NCBI GenBank assembly: GCA_016195265.1
Contig: JACPZW010000009.1
Coordinates: forward strand, 1,125-65,124
Length of the DNA: 64,000 nucleotides
DNA from: Acidobacteriota bacterium
GTDB lineage: Bacteria; Acidobacteriota; Vicinamibacteria; Vicinamibacterales; CAVVIG01
Reading direction: 5' to 3'
The notes beneath the pieces are model-generated. The model was not told the DNA's origin, did no database searches, and was given only the letters and a program-made list of their open reading frames with translations. This document shows positions 49,083-59,765 of this stretch, one piece after another. The stretch's first letter is position 1. Every line of letters starts with the position of its first letter. The translations under genes and the position numbers were made by a program.

Positions 49083-50630
49083 ATGCGTCAGATCTCACTC
49101 GCCGGCGCGGTCCTCGCGGCGGCGACACTTTCCGCTCAGACTCCACGGCCGTTCACACTCGAAGAAACGACGATCGCGCAGATCGAAGTCGCGCTGCGCG
49201 ACGGGTCGCTGACCTGCCGCGGGCTCGTCGAGCAGTACCTCAAGCGCATCGACGCGTACGACAAGAACGGTCCCGCGCTCAACGCGATCGTCCAGACCAA
49301 CGCGGACGTGCTGAAGACGGCCGACGATCTCGACCGCCGCTTCCGCCAGTCCGGCGCCGTCGGACCGCTGCAGTGCGTGCCGGTCATCGTGAAGGACAAT
49401 TACGAAACGTCCGACATGCCGACGACCGCGGGATCGCTCGCGCTCAAAGGCATGATGACGGGCAAGGACGCGTTCGTCGTCTCGCGGCTGCGCGGCGCGG
49501 GGGCCGTGATGATCGCCAAGTCGAACATGGCCGAGTGGGCGTTCAGTCCAGTCGAGACCGTGAACTCGATCCTGCCCGGCTACACCCGCAACCCGTACGA
49601 CACGAGCCGCGTGACCGCCGGCTCGAGCGGCGGATCCGCGGCGGCGGCGGCCGCGAACTTCGCCGCGATCGCGCTGGCGAGCGACACGGGCGATTCGATC
49701 CGCGGTCCCGCGTCGCATCAGGCGCTGGTCGGACTGCGCTCGACGATGGGGCTCGTCAGCCGCGCGGGCGTGGTGCCGTTGAGCATGGCCGCCGACATCG
49801 CGGGCGCGGTGACGCGTACGGTGGCCGACACGGCGGCGGTGCTGCAGGTGATCGCGGGCGAAGATCCGAACGATCCCATCACGGCGACGAGCCGCGGTCA
49901 CGTGAATCCCAACTACGCGAGCGCGCTGCGGCGTGACGGACTGAAGGGCGCGCGGCTCGGCGTGCTGCATCAGGCGTACGACACGCCGACGCTCGATCGC
50001 GAAGTGGATGCCGTCTTCCGCGGCGCCGTCGGCGAGCTGCGCGACCTCGGCGCCGAGGTCATCGATCCCGTCGCCGTCCCCGACTTCGATGCGATGCGGC
50101 GCGCGCAGGGCGGCGGCTGCAATCAGTTCAAGTACGATCTGAACAATTACCTGAAGGCGCTCGGCGACAAGGCGCCGATGCACTCGCTCGACGAGATCAT
50201 CAAGTCGCGCCGCTTCCATCCGTCGATTCAAACGCGGCTCGAAAGCGCGCAGGCCGCCGACGACATCCCGGGGCAGTCGCCCGGGTGCAAGGCGCGCGAT
50301 GAGTTCCGCGAGAAGCTGCGCGCCGCGGTCGTGAAGTTGATGGACTCGATGCAGCTCGACGCCCTGGTCTACCCGACGTGGAGCAATCCTCCGCGGCTGA
50401 TCGGCGATTTGAATACACCGGGCGGCGACAACAACCAGATCTTTTCGCCGAGCACCGGCTTTCCGGCGATCACCGTGCCGATGGGCTACACCCGCGGTGA
50501 CACGCTGCCCACCGGGCTGCAGTTCTTCGGCCGCGCCTGGGACGAAATGACGCTGCTGAGGCTCGCGTACGCGTACGAACAGGCGAGCCATCATCGGCGG
50601 CCTCCAAACGCGACCCCGCCGCTCCGTTAG
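49083..50630 (+). CDS. Secreted amidase (amidase-signature family)
   Basis: A signal peptide, GGSSGGSAAAAAA and the DTGDSIRGPAS region of the AS signature. Confidence 0.9.
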   Translation: MRQISLAGAVLAAATLSAQTPRPFTLEETTIAQIEVALRDGSLTCRGLVEQYLKRIDAYDKNGPALNAIVQTNADVLKTADDLDRRFRQSGAVGPLQCVPVIVKDNYETSDMPTTAGSLALKGMMTGKDAFVVSRLRGAGAVMIAKSNMAEWAFSPVETVNSILPGYTRNPYDTSRVTAGSSGGSAAAAAANFAAIALASDTGDSIRGPASHQALVGLRSTMGLVSRAGVVPLSMAADIAGAVTRTVADTAAVLQVIAGEDPNDPITATSRGHVNPNYASALRRDGLKGARLGVLHQAYDTPTLDREVDAVFRGAVGELRDLGAEVIDPVAVPDFDAMRRAQGGGCNQFKYDLNNYLKALGDKAPMHSLDEIIKSRRFHPSIQTRLESAQAADDIPGQSPGCKARDEFREKLRAAVVKLMDSMQLDALVYPTWSNPPRLIGDLNTPGGDNNQIFSPSTGFPAITVPMGYTRGDTLPTGLQFFGRAWDEMTLLRLAYAYEQASHHRRPPNATPPLR

Positions 50631-50633
50631 CTC

Positions 50634-50731
50634 ATTGGGTACGTGGGTAATTGGGTAGTTGAGTAAGTGCCGCGACGCGCGGCGCGACACCCATTACACA
50701 CTTACCCAATTACTCAATTCCCCAATTCACC
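50634..50731. repeat. TGGGTAN octad hairpin
   Basis: TGGGTA is at 50636, 50644 and 50652, with TGAGTA at 50660. The inverted units TTACCCAATTACTCAATTCCCCAATT lie at 50702-50727. Confidence 0.75.
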
Positions 50732-50748
50732 GAAGTACAATTGTTCCT

Positions 50749-52266
50749 GTGCGTAAATTGCTCATTGCCAACCGCGGCGAGATCGCCGTGCGGATCGTCC
50801 GCGCGTGCCGCGAGATGGGCATCTCGCCCGTGGCCGTGTACTCCGAATGCGATCGCGCGGCGGCCCACGTGCGCATGTCCGACGAGGCGTACGCGATCGG
50901 GCCCAGCGCGCCGCGCGAGAGCTACCTCCGCATCGATCGCCTGATCGACGCCGCCGCGCAGTCCGGCGCGGACGCCGTGCACCCGGGCTACGGGTTCCTC
51001 GCGGAAAATGCAGACTTCGCCGCCGCCGTGCGTGACGCGGGCCTGACCTTCATCGGCCCGACGCCCGAAGCGATTGCGACGATGGGCAGCAAGACGGCGG
51101 CGCGGGCCGCGGCGATCCGCGCCGGCGTGCCGGTCGTGCCGGGATCTGAAACAGCGCTCGATGCGCGCGTGTCCGACGCCGAGCTCGTCTCACTCGCCGC
51201 ATCAATCGGCTATCCCGTGCTCGTCAAAGCCGTCGCCGGCGGCGGCGGCAGGGGCATGCGCACCGTGCACGCGCCGGCGGATCTCGCGGCCGCCGTTCGC
51301 GCCGCGCGATCGGAGGCCGGCACGGCGTTCGGCGACAGCACGGTCTACCTCGAGCGGCGCCTGGTCCGGCCTCGGCACATCGAGGTCCAGTTGCTCGGCG
51401 ACCTGCACGGCACGGTGCTGCCGTTCGTCGAGCGCGAGTGCTCGATCCAGCGGCGCCATCAGAAAGTCGTCGAGGAAACGCCGTCGCCTGTCGTCTCACC
51501 GGCGCTGCGCGCCAGGATGACGTCCGCCGCTGCTGCCGTGGCGAAGACGGTCGGCTACACCAACGCAGGCACGATCGAGTTCCTGCTCGACGAGGACGGC
51601 CGGTTCTATTTCCTCGAGATGAACACGCGGCTGCAGGTCGAGCATCCGATCACCGAGATGGTGACGGCGCAGGATCTCGTCCACTGGCAGATCCGGATCG
51701 CCCGCGGCGAGCCGCTCGATCTCGATCCGGCCGCGCTGCTCGCGCCGCACGGCCACGCGATCGAGTGCCGCATCTACGCGGAAGATCCCGACAACAATTT
51801 TCTCCCCTCGCCGGGACGCATCGTCTCGTTGCGGACGCCGGACGGCCCTGGCATTCGCGACGACAGCGCGGCGTCGGCCGGGCTGGACGTGCCGATCTTT
51901 TACGACCCGCTGATTTCCAAGCTCGTCGCGTGGGCCGGGAGCCGTCCGCTCGCGATCGCGCGCATGCGACGTGCGCTGGGCGAGTACCTTGTGACCGGGA
52001 TCAAGACGACCGTGCCGTTCTTCACCTGGCTGCTCGCGCAGCCGGAGTTCGTGGAGGGCCGGTTCCACACGACGTATCTGGACGAGGTCCTGGCGTCACG
52101 CGCCGGCCGGCCGTTCGTCGAGTCGTCGGATGAGGTCGAGGACGTGGCCGCCATCGCCGCGGCGATTCACACGGCGCTGTCCGCTCCCGCCAACGGCAGC
52201 CACGGCAACGGGCGGGCGGCGGCCGGACGCTGGAAGACCGACGCGCGGCTCGAAGGGTTGCGGTAG
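50749..52266 (+). CDS. accC: Biotin carboxylase subunit of acyl-CoA carboxylase
   Basis: Motifs include KLLIANRGEIAVRIVRACREMG, HPGYGFLAEN, GGGGRGMR and EMNTRLQVEHPITE. I chose the GTG at 50749 as the start. Confidence 0.92.
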   Translation: MRKLLIANRGEIAVRIVRACREMGISPVAVYSECDRAAAHVRMSDEAYAIGPSAPRESYLRIDRLIDAAAQSGADAVHPGYGFLAENADFAAAVRDAGLTFIGPTPEAIATMGSKTAARAAAIRAGVPVVPGSETALDARVSDAELVSLAASIGYPVLVKAVAGGGGRGMRTVHAPADLAAAVRAARSEAGTAFGDSTVYLERRLVRPRHIEVQLLGDLHGTVLPFVERECSIQRRHQKVVEETPSPVVSPALRARMTSAAAAVAKTVGYTNAGTIEFLLDEDGRFYFLEMNTRLQVEHPITEMVTAQDLVHWQIRIARGEPLDLDPAALLAPHGHAIECRIYAEDPDNNFLPSPGRIVSLRTPDGPGIRDDSAASAGLDVPIFYDPLISKLVAWAGSRPLAIARMRRALGEYLVTGIKTTVPFFTWLLAQPEFVEGRFHTTYLDEVLASRAGRPFVESSDEVEDVAAIAAAIHTALSAPANGSHGNGRAAAGRWKTDARLEGLR

Positions 52267-52268
52267 CC

Positions 52269-52808
52269 GTGCACTACGAGGTGGAGATCGGCGGGCGGCT
52301 GCGCCGCATCGACATCACGCGGTCGGGCGACGATTTTGCAGTGGCCATCGACGGACGCACGCGCCAGATCACGGCCACGCGCATCGACGCGCACCAGTGG
52401 TCACTCCTCGTGTCGGCTCCAGGTAAAAGTGACACACCCGGGCGGCGCGTCACGTACGACGTGGCGATCTCGGTGGACCCGGCGGGCGCGCTCACGGTCC
52501 ATGTCGGTTCGACCCCGGTCGCGGTGATCGTGAACGGCCGCCGGCGCTGGGGACCCGGGGATAAACGTCACGATGGCGCGGGCGCGGGATCGGGGCCGCA
52601 GCGCGTGGCCGCGCCCATGCCCGGCAAGGTCGTCCGCGTGCTCGTCGCGCAGGGTGAGGTTGTGCGCGCCCGTCAGCCGCTCGTGGTTGTCGAAGCGATG
52701 AAGATGGAGAACGAATTGCGCGCCGGCCGCGACGGCACGGTGTCCGAGATCCACGCGCGGGAAGGGGTGTCGGTCGAGGCCGGCGCCCTGCTCATCGTCA
52801 TTCAGTGA
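52269..52808 (+). CDS. Biotin carboxyl carrier protein (biotinyl domain)
   Basis: The C-terminal sequence APMPGKVVRVLV...VVVEAMKMENEL carries the AMKM biotinylation motif. Confidence 0.85.
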   Translation: MHYEVEIGGRLRRIDITRSGDDFAVAIDGRTRQITATRIDAHQWSLLVSAPGKSDTPGRRVTYDVAISVDPAGALTVHVGSTPVAVIVNGRRRWGPGDKRHDGAGAGSGPQRVAAPMPGKVVRVLVAQGEVVRARQPLVVVEAMKMENELRAGRDGTVSEIHAREGVSVEAGALLIVIQ

Positions 52809-55800
52809 ACCTGATCACCCGACTCCGCCGGCACCCGGTGCCCCGCGCCGCGAAGTACTTCGTGGCGTCGGTCGCGGCGCTGCTCGCGGCGGCGTTGGTC
52901 GCGTCGCTGACCGTCGACCTCGGGCCCGCGGCGCGGAGCGCCGCCGAGCGCGGCGGATCCGATTACCTCGAGCGGCCGATACACATCGGATCGCTCGGCA
53001 TCCGCCTGCTGACCGGCAGGTTCGTGGTCGAGAATCTGACCATCGACGGTTTCCATCCTGGCGATCGTCCGTTCTTCACCGCCAAGCGGATCGACATCGG
53101 CCTCGACTGGCTCCCCGCGTTCCGCCTCAAGCCGGACTTCGTGATCTCGACCGTGTCGATGACCGACTGGCAGATGCTCGTCGAAAAGTGGGAGAGCGGC
53201 CACAACTTCCCGAAATTCGTGCACGAGGACAGCCAGCCGAAGAAGCCGCGCCCCTTCACGGTCACGCTCAGGGACCTGCACGCGTACCGCGGCCAGTTCG
53301 CGTTCGAAGATCACGAAGCGCCGTGGAGCATCGTCTGCCCGAACCTCGACATCACCATCGGCAACGTGCCGAACTATCACGGCCGGGCGGCGTTCAGCGG
53401 CGGCATCGTGCGCATCCAGGACTTCGTCCCGATGTGGACGAACATGAAGAAGGCCGACTTCGTGATCGACGGGCCGCACATCCGTCTCAGCGAAATCGAC
53501 TTCGACACGGACGGCGCGAAGACCGTCGCGCGCGGCGAGGTCGATTTCTCGAACTGGCCGAACCAGTTCTACAACGTGCAGTCGCGCGTCAACTTCCCGC
53601 GCATGCGGCAGCTGTTCTTCAAGGACGAGACGTGGGATCTCACCGGGGACGGTGACTTCACCGGCACCTTCCGCCTGACGAAGGGCAAGGGGCACGATCT
53701 GTCCGGCCGCTTCACGAGCGCGCTCGCCGGCGTGAACGCGTACCGCTTCCCGTCGCTCTACGGATCGCTGCACTGGACCCCACAGGCGTTCGACGTCTCG
53801 AACGCCGGGTCGAAGTTCTCCGGCGGCGACGCCAAGTTCAGCTACAGCATCAAGCCGCTCGGCCGGAGGGACACGCGGCCGGTGCATCACTTCGATTCCA
53901 CGATCGCCGACCTGGACCTGCAGCAGTTCACCGACTTCCAGCAGATGCCTGGCCTGCGCTTTGCCGGCGCCGCGTCGCTGCACAACGTCCTCGAATGGCC
54001 GGCCGGACGGTTTGCGGAGCATCGCGGCGACGGCCATCTCGTGGTGACGCCGCAGCCCGGCCAGATGCCGCGCGGTCCGATGACGGCGTCGCTCGCCGCC
54101 GCGCGCCAGGCCGATCCCGATCACGCGCGCCACGAGTGGGGGCCGTTCGCGCCGGTCCCGCTGCCGGCGCACCTGCCGGTCTCGGGCGAACTGACGTACC
54201 GCTACTCGCCGGACGAAGTCGCAATCGACGCGGGCCGCTTCGCGACGGAGAAGACGCATGTGACCTTCGACGGGACGACCGCCTGGGGCGATCGCTCGCG
54301 CCTGCCGTTCCACGTCACGAGCAGCGATTGGCAGGAAAGCGATCAGGTGCTCGTCGGCATCATCCAGGACTTCGGCGCGTCCGCGCACGTCGTGCCGTTC
54401 GGCGGCCGCGGCGAGTTCGACGGCGTGATGACGGGCGCGTTCAAACGGCCGCGCATCGAAGGCACGTTCAGCGGCGAGGATCTGCGCGGCTTCGACACGC
54501 TCTGGGGCGGCCTCTTCTCGCTGGGCTACCCGCGCGACGATGGCGGCGAGGAGATGAACGCGCGGATTCGCGTCGCGCGCCACGACGTGGACAGCCTGCG
54601 CCACGCGTTCGGCATCGACGACTATCCGGTGTCGGGCCTGCTGTCGGGCGACTTCCATCTCACCGGCGAGTACGAGCGGCCCGTCGGTTTCGGCAGCATG
54701 ACGATCGACGAGGGCGTCGCGTACGGCGAGCCGTTCGAGAGGGCGACGACGACGCTGCGCTTCGACGGGATGGGCGCGCGGCTCGACACGGTGTCGATCG
54801 CCAAGAGCGGCGGCACGATCACCGGCGCGGCCTTCGTCGGCTGGGACTCGACGTATTCCTTCAACGGCCGCGGCCGGCATCTTCCGGTGGAGCGCCTGGC
54901 GCTGTTCGCGTCGACGAGCGTCCCGTTGACGGGCATCGCCGAGTTCGAAGCCGAAGGCAGCGGCACGTTCGACGTCCCGCGCTTCGACGTCACGTTCCGC
55001 GTCAACGACCTGTTCTACGCCGAGGAAGGCATCGGCCAGGTGACCGGCAAGCTGGCGCGGCGCGGCAAGGAGCTGAACGGCGACGTCAACGCCGCGTCGC
55101 CGCGGCTCACGGTGACGGGCGGCGGCCGCATCACCCTGTCGCCGCAATCCGAGGCCGACCTCACGTTCCGCTTCCACGACACGTCGCTCGATCCGTACGT
55201 CCGCCTGTTCGTGCCCACGCTGTCGCCCTTCACGACGGCCGTGGCGAGCGGGTCGATCCGCGCCGCCGGCGATCTGGCGAACATCGATCGTCTTGTCGTC
55301 GATGGCGCCGTGGATGCGCTGGACCTGCGGCTCTTCGACTACGCCGTGAAGAACGCGGCGCCCGTGCGCCTGCGTCTCGAGCACCGGCAGGTCACGCTCG
55401 ACGAACTGCGGCTCGTCGGCGAAGACACGCGCCTGCGCCTCTCGGGCGCCGTCTCGCTCGCCGACGAGCGCATCGCGCTGCGCGCCGCCGGCGACGCGAA
55501 TCTCGGCGTCCTCCAGGGCTTCTTCCGCAACGTGCGCGCCTCCGGCCATGCGACGGTGACCGCCGCGATCAACGGACCGCTGCGTCAGCCGCAGCTGTCC
55601 GGCAGCGCGACGATCACCGACGGCCGCGTCCGGCATTTCTCGCTGCCGAACGCGCTCGACGCCGTCAACGGCACGGTGCAGTTCGACTCGGGCGGCATTC
55701 GGCTCGACGGCGTGTCGGCCACGCTCGGGCGCGGCCGCGTGCAGTTCGGCGGCCGGATCGGGATGGACGGCTATCAGATCGGCGACGTCGACGTCACCGT

Positions 55801-56875
55801 GCGCGGCGAAGGCATGCAGCTGCGCTGGCCCGAGGGCATTCGGTCCGTCGTGGACGCGGATCTGTCGGTCCGCGGCAGCGTGAAGTCGCCGACGCTCGGC
55901 GGCACCGTGAACGTGAAGAGCGCCGTCTGGAACCGCCGCATCGACACGCCCGGCAACATCTTCGACTTTGCCTCGCGGTCCGACGCGGCCGGCGGCGGCG
56001 GTGGCGGCGCCCGCGGCCCCGCCCGTGAAGTCGACGCGCCCGCGTCGCCCCTGCGATTCGACATCCAGATCCTCGTGCCGTCCACGCTGAGAGTGGAGAA
56101 CAACCTCGTCCGCATGACCGCGAACGCGGACCTCACGCTGCGCGGCACCTACGATCGCCCCGTGATCCTCGGCCGCGCGGATCTCGAACGCGGCGAGGCC
56201 ACGTTCGAGGGACGGCGGTATCGCCTGACGCGCGGCTCGATCGACTTCACCAACCCCGGCAAGATCGAGCCCTTCTTCGACATCGAGGCCGAGACCAACG
56301 TGCGCGTCGCCGGCATCGGCGCCACCGGCAGCACGTCCGGGCAGACCTACCGCGTGACGGTCACCGCGAGCGGCACGAGCGACCGGATGCGATGGACGGC
56401 CACGTCCGATCCGGCGCTCCCGGCCTCCGACGTGCTGGCGCTGCTGTTCAGCGACGTGCGGCGCTCTCCCGATGTCGAGCTGCGGACGCTCCAGAATCCG
56501 AACCAGACCGAGACCGACATCCTGACCGCACGCGCAACGCAGGCGCTGGCCGCGCCGCTCTCGTCCGAAGTGGGCAAGGTCGTCGAGCAGGCGTTCGGCG
56601 TGGACACGTTCGCGCTGACGCCGTCGCTGGTCGATCCCTACGGGTCGTTCAGCAGCAGCCAGGCGTCCCGCCTGAACCCGACAGCGAGGCTGACGATCGG
56701 CAAGCGCATTTCGGATCGCGTGTTCGTGACGTTCTCGCGCAGCCTCGGCACCACGATCAACGATCAGATTCTCATTCTCGAAATCGAGCAGAGCGACACG
56801 TCGTCGTGGATTATCTCGCGGAACGAAGACTCGCAGACCTACGCGATCGAGCTGCGCAAGAGGTACGTGTTCTGA
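52805..56875 (+). CDS. tamB: Translocation and assembly module protein TamB (AsmA-like, DUF490 C-terminus)
   Basis: 1356 aa with an N-terminal transmembrane anchor, a long beta-rich repetitive body and a C-terminal ...TIGKRISDRVFVTFSRSL... block. It is adjacent to a BamA-family gene. Confidence 0.82.
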   Translation: MNLITRLRRHPVPRAAKYFVASVAALLAAALVASLTVDLGPAARSAAERGGSDYLERPIHIGSLGIRLLTGRFVVENLTIDGFHPGDRPFFTAKRIDIGLDWLPAFRLKPDFVISTVSMTDWQMLVEKWESGHNFPKFVHEDSQPKKPRPFTVTLRDLHAYRGQFAFEDHEAPWSIVCPNLDITIGNVPNYHGRAAFSGGIVRIQDFVPMWTNMKKADFVIDGPHIRLSEIDFDTDGAKTVARGEVDFSNWPNQFYNVQSRVNFPRMRQLFFKDETWDLTGDGDFTGTFRLTKGKGHDLSGRFTSALAGVNAYRFPSLYGSLHWTPQAFDVSNAGSKFSGGDAKFSYSIKPLGRRDTRPVHHFDSTIADLDLQQFTDFQQMPGLRFAGAASLHNVLEWPAGRFAEHRGDGHLVVTPQPGQMPRGPMTASLAAARQADPDHARHEWGPFAPVPLPAHLPVSGELTYRYSPDEVAIDAGRFATEKTHVTFDGTTAWGDRSRLPFHVTSSDWQESDQVLVGIIQDFGASAHVVPFGGRGEFDGVMTGAFKRPRIEGTFSGEDLRGFDTLWGGLFSLGYPRDDGGEEMNARIRVARHDVDSLRHAFGIDDYPVSGLLSGDFHLTGEYERPVGFGSMTIDEGVAYGEPFERATTTLRFDGMGARLDTVSIAKSGGTITGAAFVGWDSTYSFNGRGRHLPVERLALFASTSVPLTGIAEFEAEGSGTFDVPRFDVTFRVNDLFYAEEGIGQVTGKLARRGKELNGDVNAASPRLTVTGGGRITLSPQSEADLTFRFHDTSLDPYVRLFVPTLSPFTTAVASGSIRAAGDLANIDRLVVDGAVDALDLRLFDYAVKNAAPVRLRLEHRQVTLDELRLVGEDTRLRLSGAVSLADERIALRAAGDANLGVLQGFFRNVRASGHATVTAAINGPLRQPQLSGSATITDGRVRHFSLPNALDAVNGTVQFDSGGIRLDGVSATLGRGRVQFGGRIGMDGYQIGDVDVTVRGEGMQLRWPEGIRSVVDADLSVRGSVKSPTLGGTVNVKSAVWNRRIDTPGNIFDFASRSDAAGGGGGGARGPAREVDAPASPLRFDIQILVPSTLRVENNLVRMTANADLTLRGTYDRPVILGRADLERGEATFEGRRYRLTRGSIDFTNPGKIEPFFDIEAETNVRVAGIGATGSTSGQTYRVTVTASGTSDRMRWTATSDPALPASDVLALLFSDVRRSPDVELRTLQNPNQTETDILTARATQALAAPLSSEVGKVVEQAFGVDTFALTPSLVDPYGSFSSSQASRLNPTARLTIGKRISDRVFVTFSRSLGTTINDQILILEIEQSDTSSWIISRNEDSQTYAIELRKRYVF

Positions 56876-59754
56876 TGCGCCGCCTCGGCCGCGCGGCCGG
56901 TACCCTCGCGCTGTGCGCCGTCGCCGGCGGCGCCGCGCGGGCGGACGTCGCCGACTACGTCGGCAAGCCGATCGCCTCCGTCCGCCTCCTGCTCGACGGA
57001 CGCGAGACGACCGAGGCGATGCTGACGCGCGTCGTGGAGACCGTGCCGGGCCAGCTGCTCGCGATGGCGCAGGTGCGCGAGTCGGTGACGCATCTCTTCA
57101 GCCTCGGCCGGTTCGAGGACGTGCGCGCGGACGCGACGCTCGAGAACGGCCGCGTCGTTCTGCGGTACGACCTGGTGCCGATTCACCCCGTGGCCCGCAT
57201 CCGCTTCCGCGGCGGCCTCGACGCGCCCGGCGTGGACGAAGGCGCGCTACGCCGGACGATCACCGATCGGTACGGCGTCTCGCCGCCGCTCGGCCGCGTG
57301 GCCGACATGCGGCGCCTGCTCGAGGACGGGCTGCGCGAGCGCGGCTACCTCCATGCCGCCGTCACGCCCAGCGCCGACACGCAGGACAGCCGCGCGACGC
57401 TCGTCTTCACGGTCGAGCCGGGCGACCGCGCGCGCATCGGCACGGTGGCGCTCTCGGGCCAGCCGAGCGTGCCCGACGTGGAGTTCCTGAACCGGCTCGG
57501 CCTGAAGACCGGCGAGCCGTACGAGCGGAATGCGCTCGACGCGCGCATCGAGAAGTACGTCGCCGATCGCCGCGGCCGCGGCTACTACGAAGCCAAGGTC
57601 GTGCCCGACGCGCAGTTCGCCGACCACGATCGCGTCGTGAACTTGATCATTACCGTCTCGCCCGGCCCGCACGTGCGCGTCGTCTTCACGGGCGATTCGC
57701 TGCCGTCCGACAGGCGCGCCGAGTTCCTGCCCGTCGAGCGTGAAGGTTCGGTGGACGAGGACCTGCTCGAGGACGCGCAGAACCGGATCGAGGAGTACTT
57801 CAGGGCGCAGGGCTACCGCGACGCGGCGGCTCCGCACCGGCGCGAAGAGAACGCCGGCGAGCTCACGATCACCTTCGACGTGAAGCGAGGCGCGCAGTAC
57901 CGCCTGGCGGCTCCGCCGGCGATTACGGGCAACCCGTCGATTCCGCTCGCCGACTTCGAGCAGGGGCTGCAGCTGCGCCCGGGCGCGCCGTTCTCGGCCG
58001 CGCGCCTGCAGGCGGACGCCGCACTGATCGAGAGCCTGTATCGCGGGCGCGGTTTCGCCCGGGTGGTGGTGCAGGCGAACGTCTTGACGATGCCTGCCGG
58101 CGAACCTGGCGCGCCGGTGCCCGTCAGCGTCAGCCTCGCGATCACCGAAGGCGTGCGCACGGTGGTCGACCGCGTGACCTTCACGGGCAACACGGCGCTG
58201 GACGACGCGGCGCTGCGCGGCCGCGTCGGACTGCAGGCGGGCGAGCCCTATCAGCCGCCGCAGCGCGACGCCGACCGCGAGGCGATCCAGCTCGCCTACC
58301 TGAACCTCGGCTACGAGAACGCGACGGTCGAGGCCGTCACGACCTTCAGCGACGACGGCACGCGCGTGTCCGTCGCGTTTGCGATACGCGAGGGCCCGCA
58401 GATTTCGATCGATCACGTGCTGATCGTCGGCAACGCGCGGACGAGCACCGCGACGATCGAGCGCGAGCTGCAGGTGAAGCCGGGCGACCGCTTCAACCTG
58501 GCGGCGATCGCCGAGAGCCGGCGCCGCCTGACGCTGCTCGGGTTGTTCCGGCGGGTGGATATCCAGGAGCTGCGGCACGGCGAGGAGACGACGCGCGACC
58601 TGCTCGTGACGGTCGAAGAGGCGCCGCCGACGACCATCGGGTTCGGCGGCGGGGTCGAGTTCCGCTCGCGCGTCGTCCAGGCCCCGAACAGCACGGCGGC
58701 CGTGGATCAGCTCGAGCTGGCGCCACGCGCGTCGTTCCAGATCGGCCGGCGCAACCTGTTCGGCAAGAACCGATCGGCCGATCTGTTCTCGAGCGTGTCG
58801 CTCCACCCCGAGGACGCCGGTCAGTCGAACGGCACGGGCATCGCCGGGTTCGGCCTCGCCGAGTACCGCGTGGGCGGCGGCGTTCGCGAGCCGCGCGTGT
58901 TCGACACGGCGGCCGACGCGACCGTGAACCTGACGTTCGAGCAGCAGATCCGGTCGAGCTTCAACTTCGCGCGGCGCATTCTGAGCGCCGACGTCGCGCG
59001 GCGGTTCAGCCGGACCGTCAGCGCCACCGGCAGCTACCAGCTGCAGCGGACGCGCTTGTTCGACGTGAAGGTCCGCCCGGAGGATCAGCCGCTCATCGAT
59101 CGCACGTTCACGCAGTTCCGGCTGTCGTCGTTCTCGGGATCGATCGTGCTCGATACGCGCGACGATCCCATCGATCCGCACGGCGGCGAGTCGGCGAACG
59201 TCAACGCGCAGGTGGCCGGCCAGCACATATGGTCGGAGGTCGGGTTCTTCAAGACGGTGGCCACCGGCCAGGTGTTCCGCACGCTCCCGCGCACGCGCCG
59301 CAGCGTGTTCGCGGCCAACGCGCGGATCGGCGCCGCGACGGGCTTCTCAAACGACGGCCAGCTGCCGGCGAGCGAGCGGTTTTTCGCCGGCGGCGACACG
59401 ACGGTCCGCGGCTTCGTGCGCGATCAGCTCGGCGTACGGCACACGCCGCTGCAGCCCGGCGACACGATCGATCAGGACGGGTTCTCGATCGGTGGCAACG
59501 GCCTCGTGATCTTCAACGCCGAGCTGCGCGTGCCCGTCTTCGGCGGCCTGAGCGTCGTGCCGTTCGTGGACGTCGGCAACGTCTTCGCGCGCGTCGCCGA
59601 CTTCGACATCGCCGAGCTGCGGACGACGCCGGGGCTCGGCCTGCGGTACAAGTCACCATTCGGCCCGCTGCGCTTCGATCTCGGCTTGAAGGTCAACCGG
59701 CAGCCGGGCGAGCCGCTGACGGCGTGGTTCGTGAGTTTTGGACAGGCGTTCTGA
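56875..59754 (+). CDS. bamA: BamA/TamA-family outer-membrane protein assembly factor with POTRA repeats
   Basis: A signal peptide, several POTRA-like units (VTFTGN..., IVGNARTSTATIEREL), a C-terminal beta-barrel and a terminal ...FGQAF. The start is ATG 56875. Confidence 0.85.
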   Translation: MRRLGRAAGTLALCAVAGGAARADVADYVGKPIASVRLLLDGRETTEAMLTRVVETVPGQLLAMAQVRESVTHLFSLGRFEDVRADATLENGRVVLRYDLVPIHPVARIRFRGGLDAPGVDEGALRRTITDRYGVSPPLGRVADMRRLLEDGLRERGYLHAAVTPSADTQDSRATLVFTVEPGDRARIGTVALSGQPSVPDVEFLNRLGLKTGEPYERNALDARIEKYVADRRGRGYYEAKVVPDAQFADHDRVVNLIITVSPGPHVRVVFTGDSLPSDRRAEFLPVEREGSVDEDLLEDAQNRIEEYFRAQGYRDAAAPHRREENAGELTITFDVKRGAQYRLAAPPAITGNPSIPLADFEQGLQLRPGAPFSAARLQADAALIESLYRGRGFARVVVQANVLTMPAGEPGAPVPVSVSLAITEGVRTVVDRVTFTGNTALDDAALRGRVGLQAGEPYQPPQRDADREAIQLAYLNLGYENATVEAVTTFSDDGTRVSVAFAIREGPQISIDHVLIVGNARTSTATIERELQVKPGDRFNLAAIAESRRRLTLLGLFRRVDIQELRHGEETTRDLLVTVEEAPPTTIGFGGGVEFRSRVVQAPNSTAAVDQLELAPRASFQIGRRNLFGKNRSADLFSSVSLHPEDAGQSNGTGIAGFGLAEYRVGGGVREPRVFDTAADATVNLTFEQQIRSSFNFARRILSADVARRFSRTVSATGSYQLQRTRLFDVKVRPEDQPLIDRTFTQFRLSSFSGSIVLDTRDDPIDPHGGESANVNAQVAGQHIWSEVGFFKTVATGQVFRTLPRTRRSVFAANARIGAATGFSNDGQLPASERFFAGGDTTVRGFVRDQLGVRHTPLQPGDTIDQDGFSIGGNGLVIFNAELRVPVFGGLSVVPFVDVGNVFARVADFDIAELRTTPGLGLRYKSPFGPLRFDLGLKVNRQPGEPLTAWFVSFGQAF

Positions 59755-59765
59755 TGAAGGAAGAA

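Noticed and set aside
52802-55636. 944-aa minus-strand ORF; similar cases are 53995..56028 (+) and 57247..59226 (-)
   Set aside because: These are alternative-frame or antisense shadows of tamB and the bamA-family gene.
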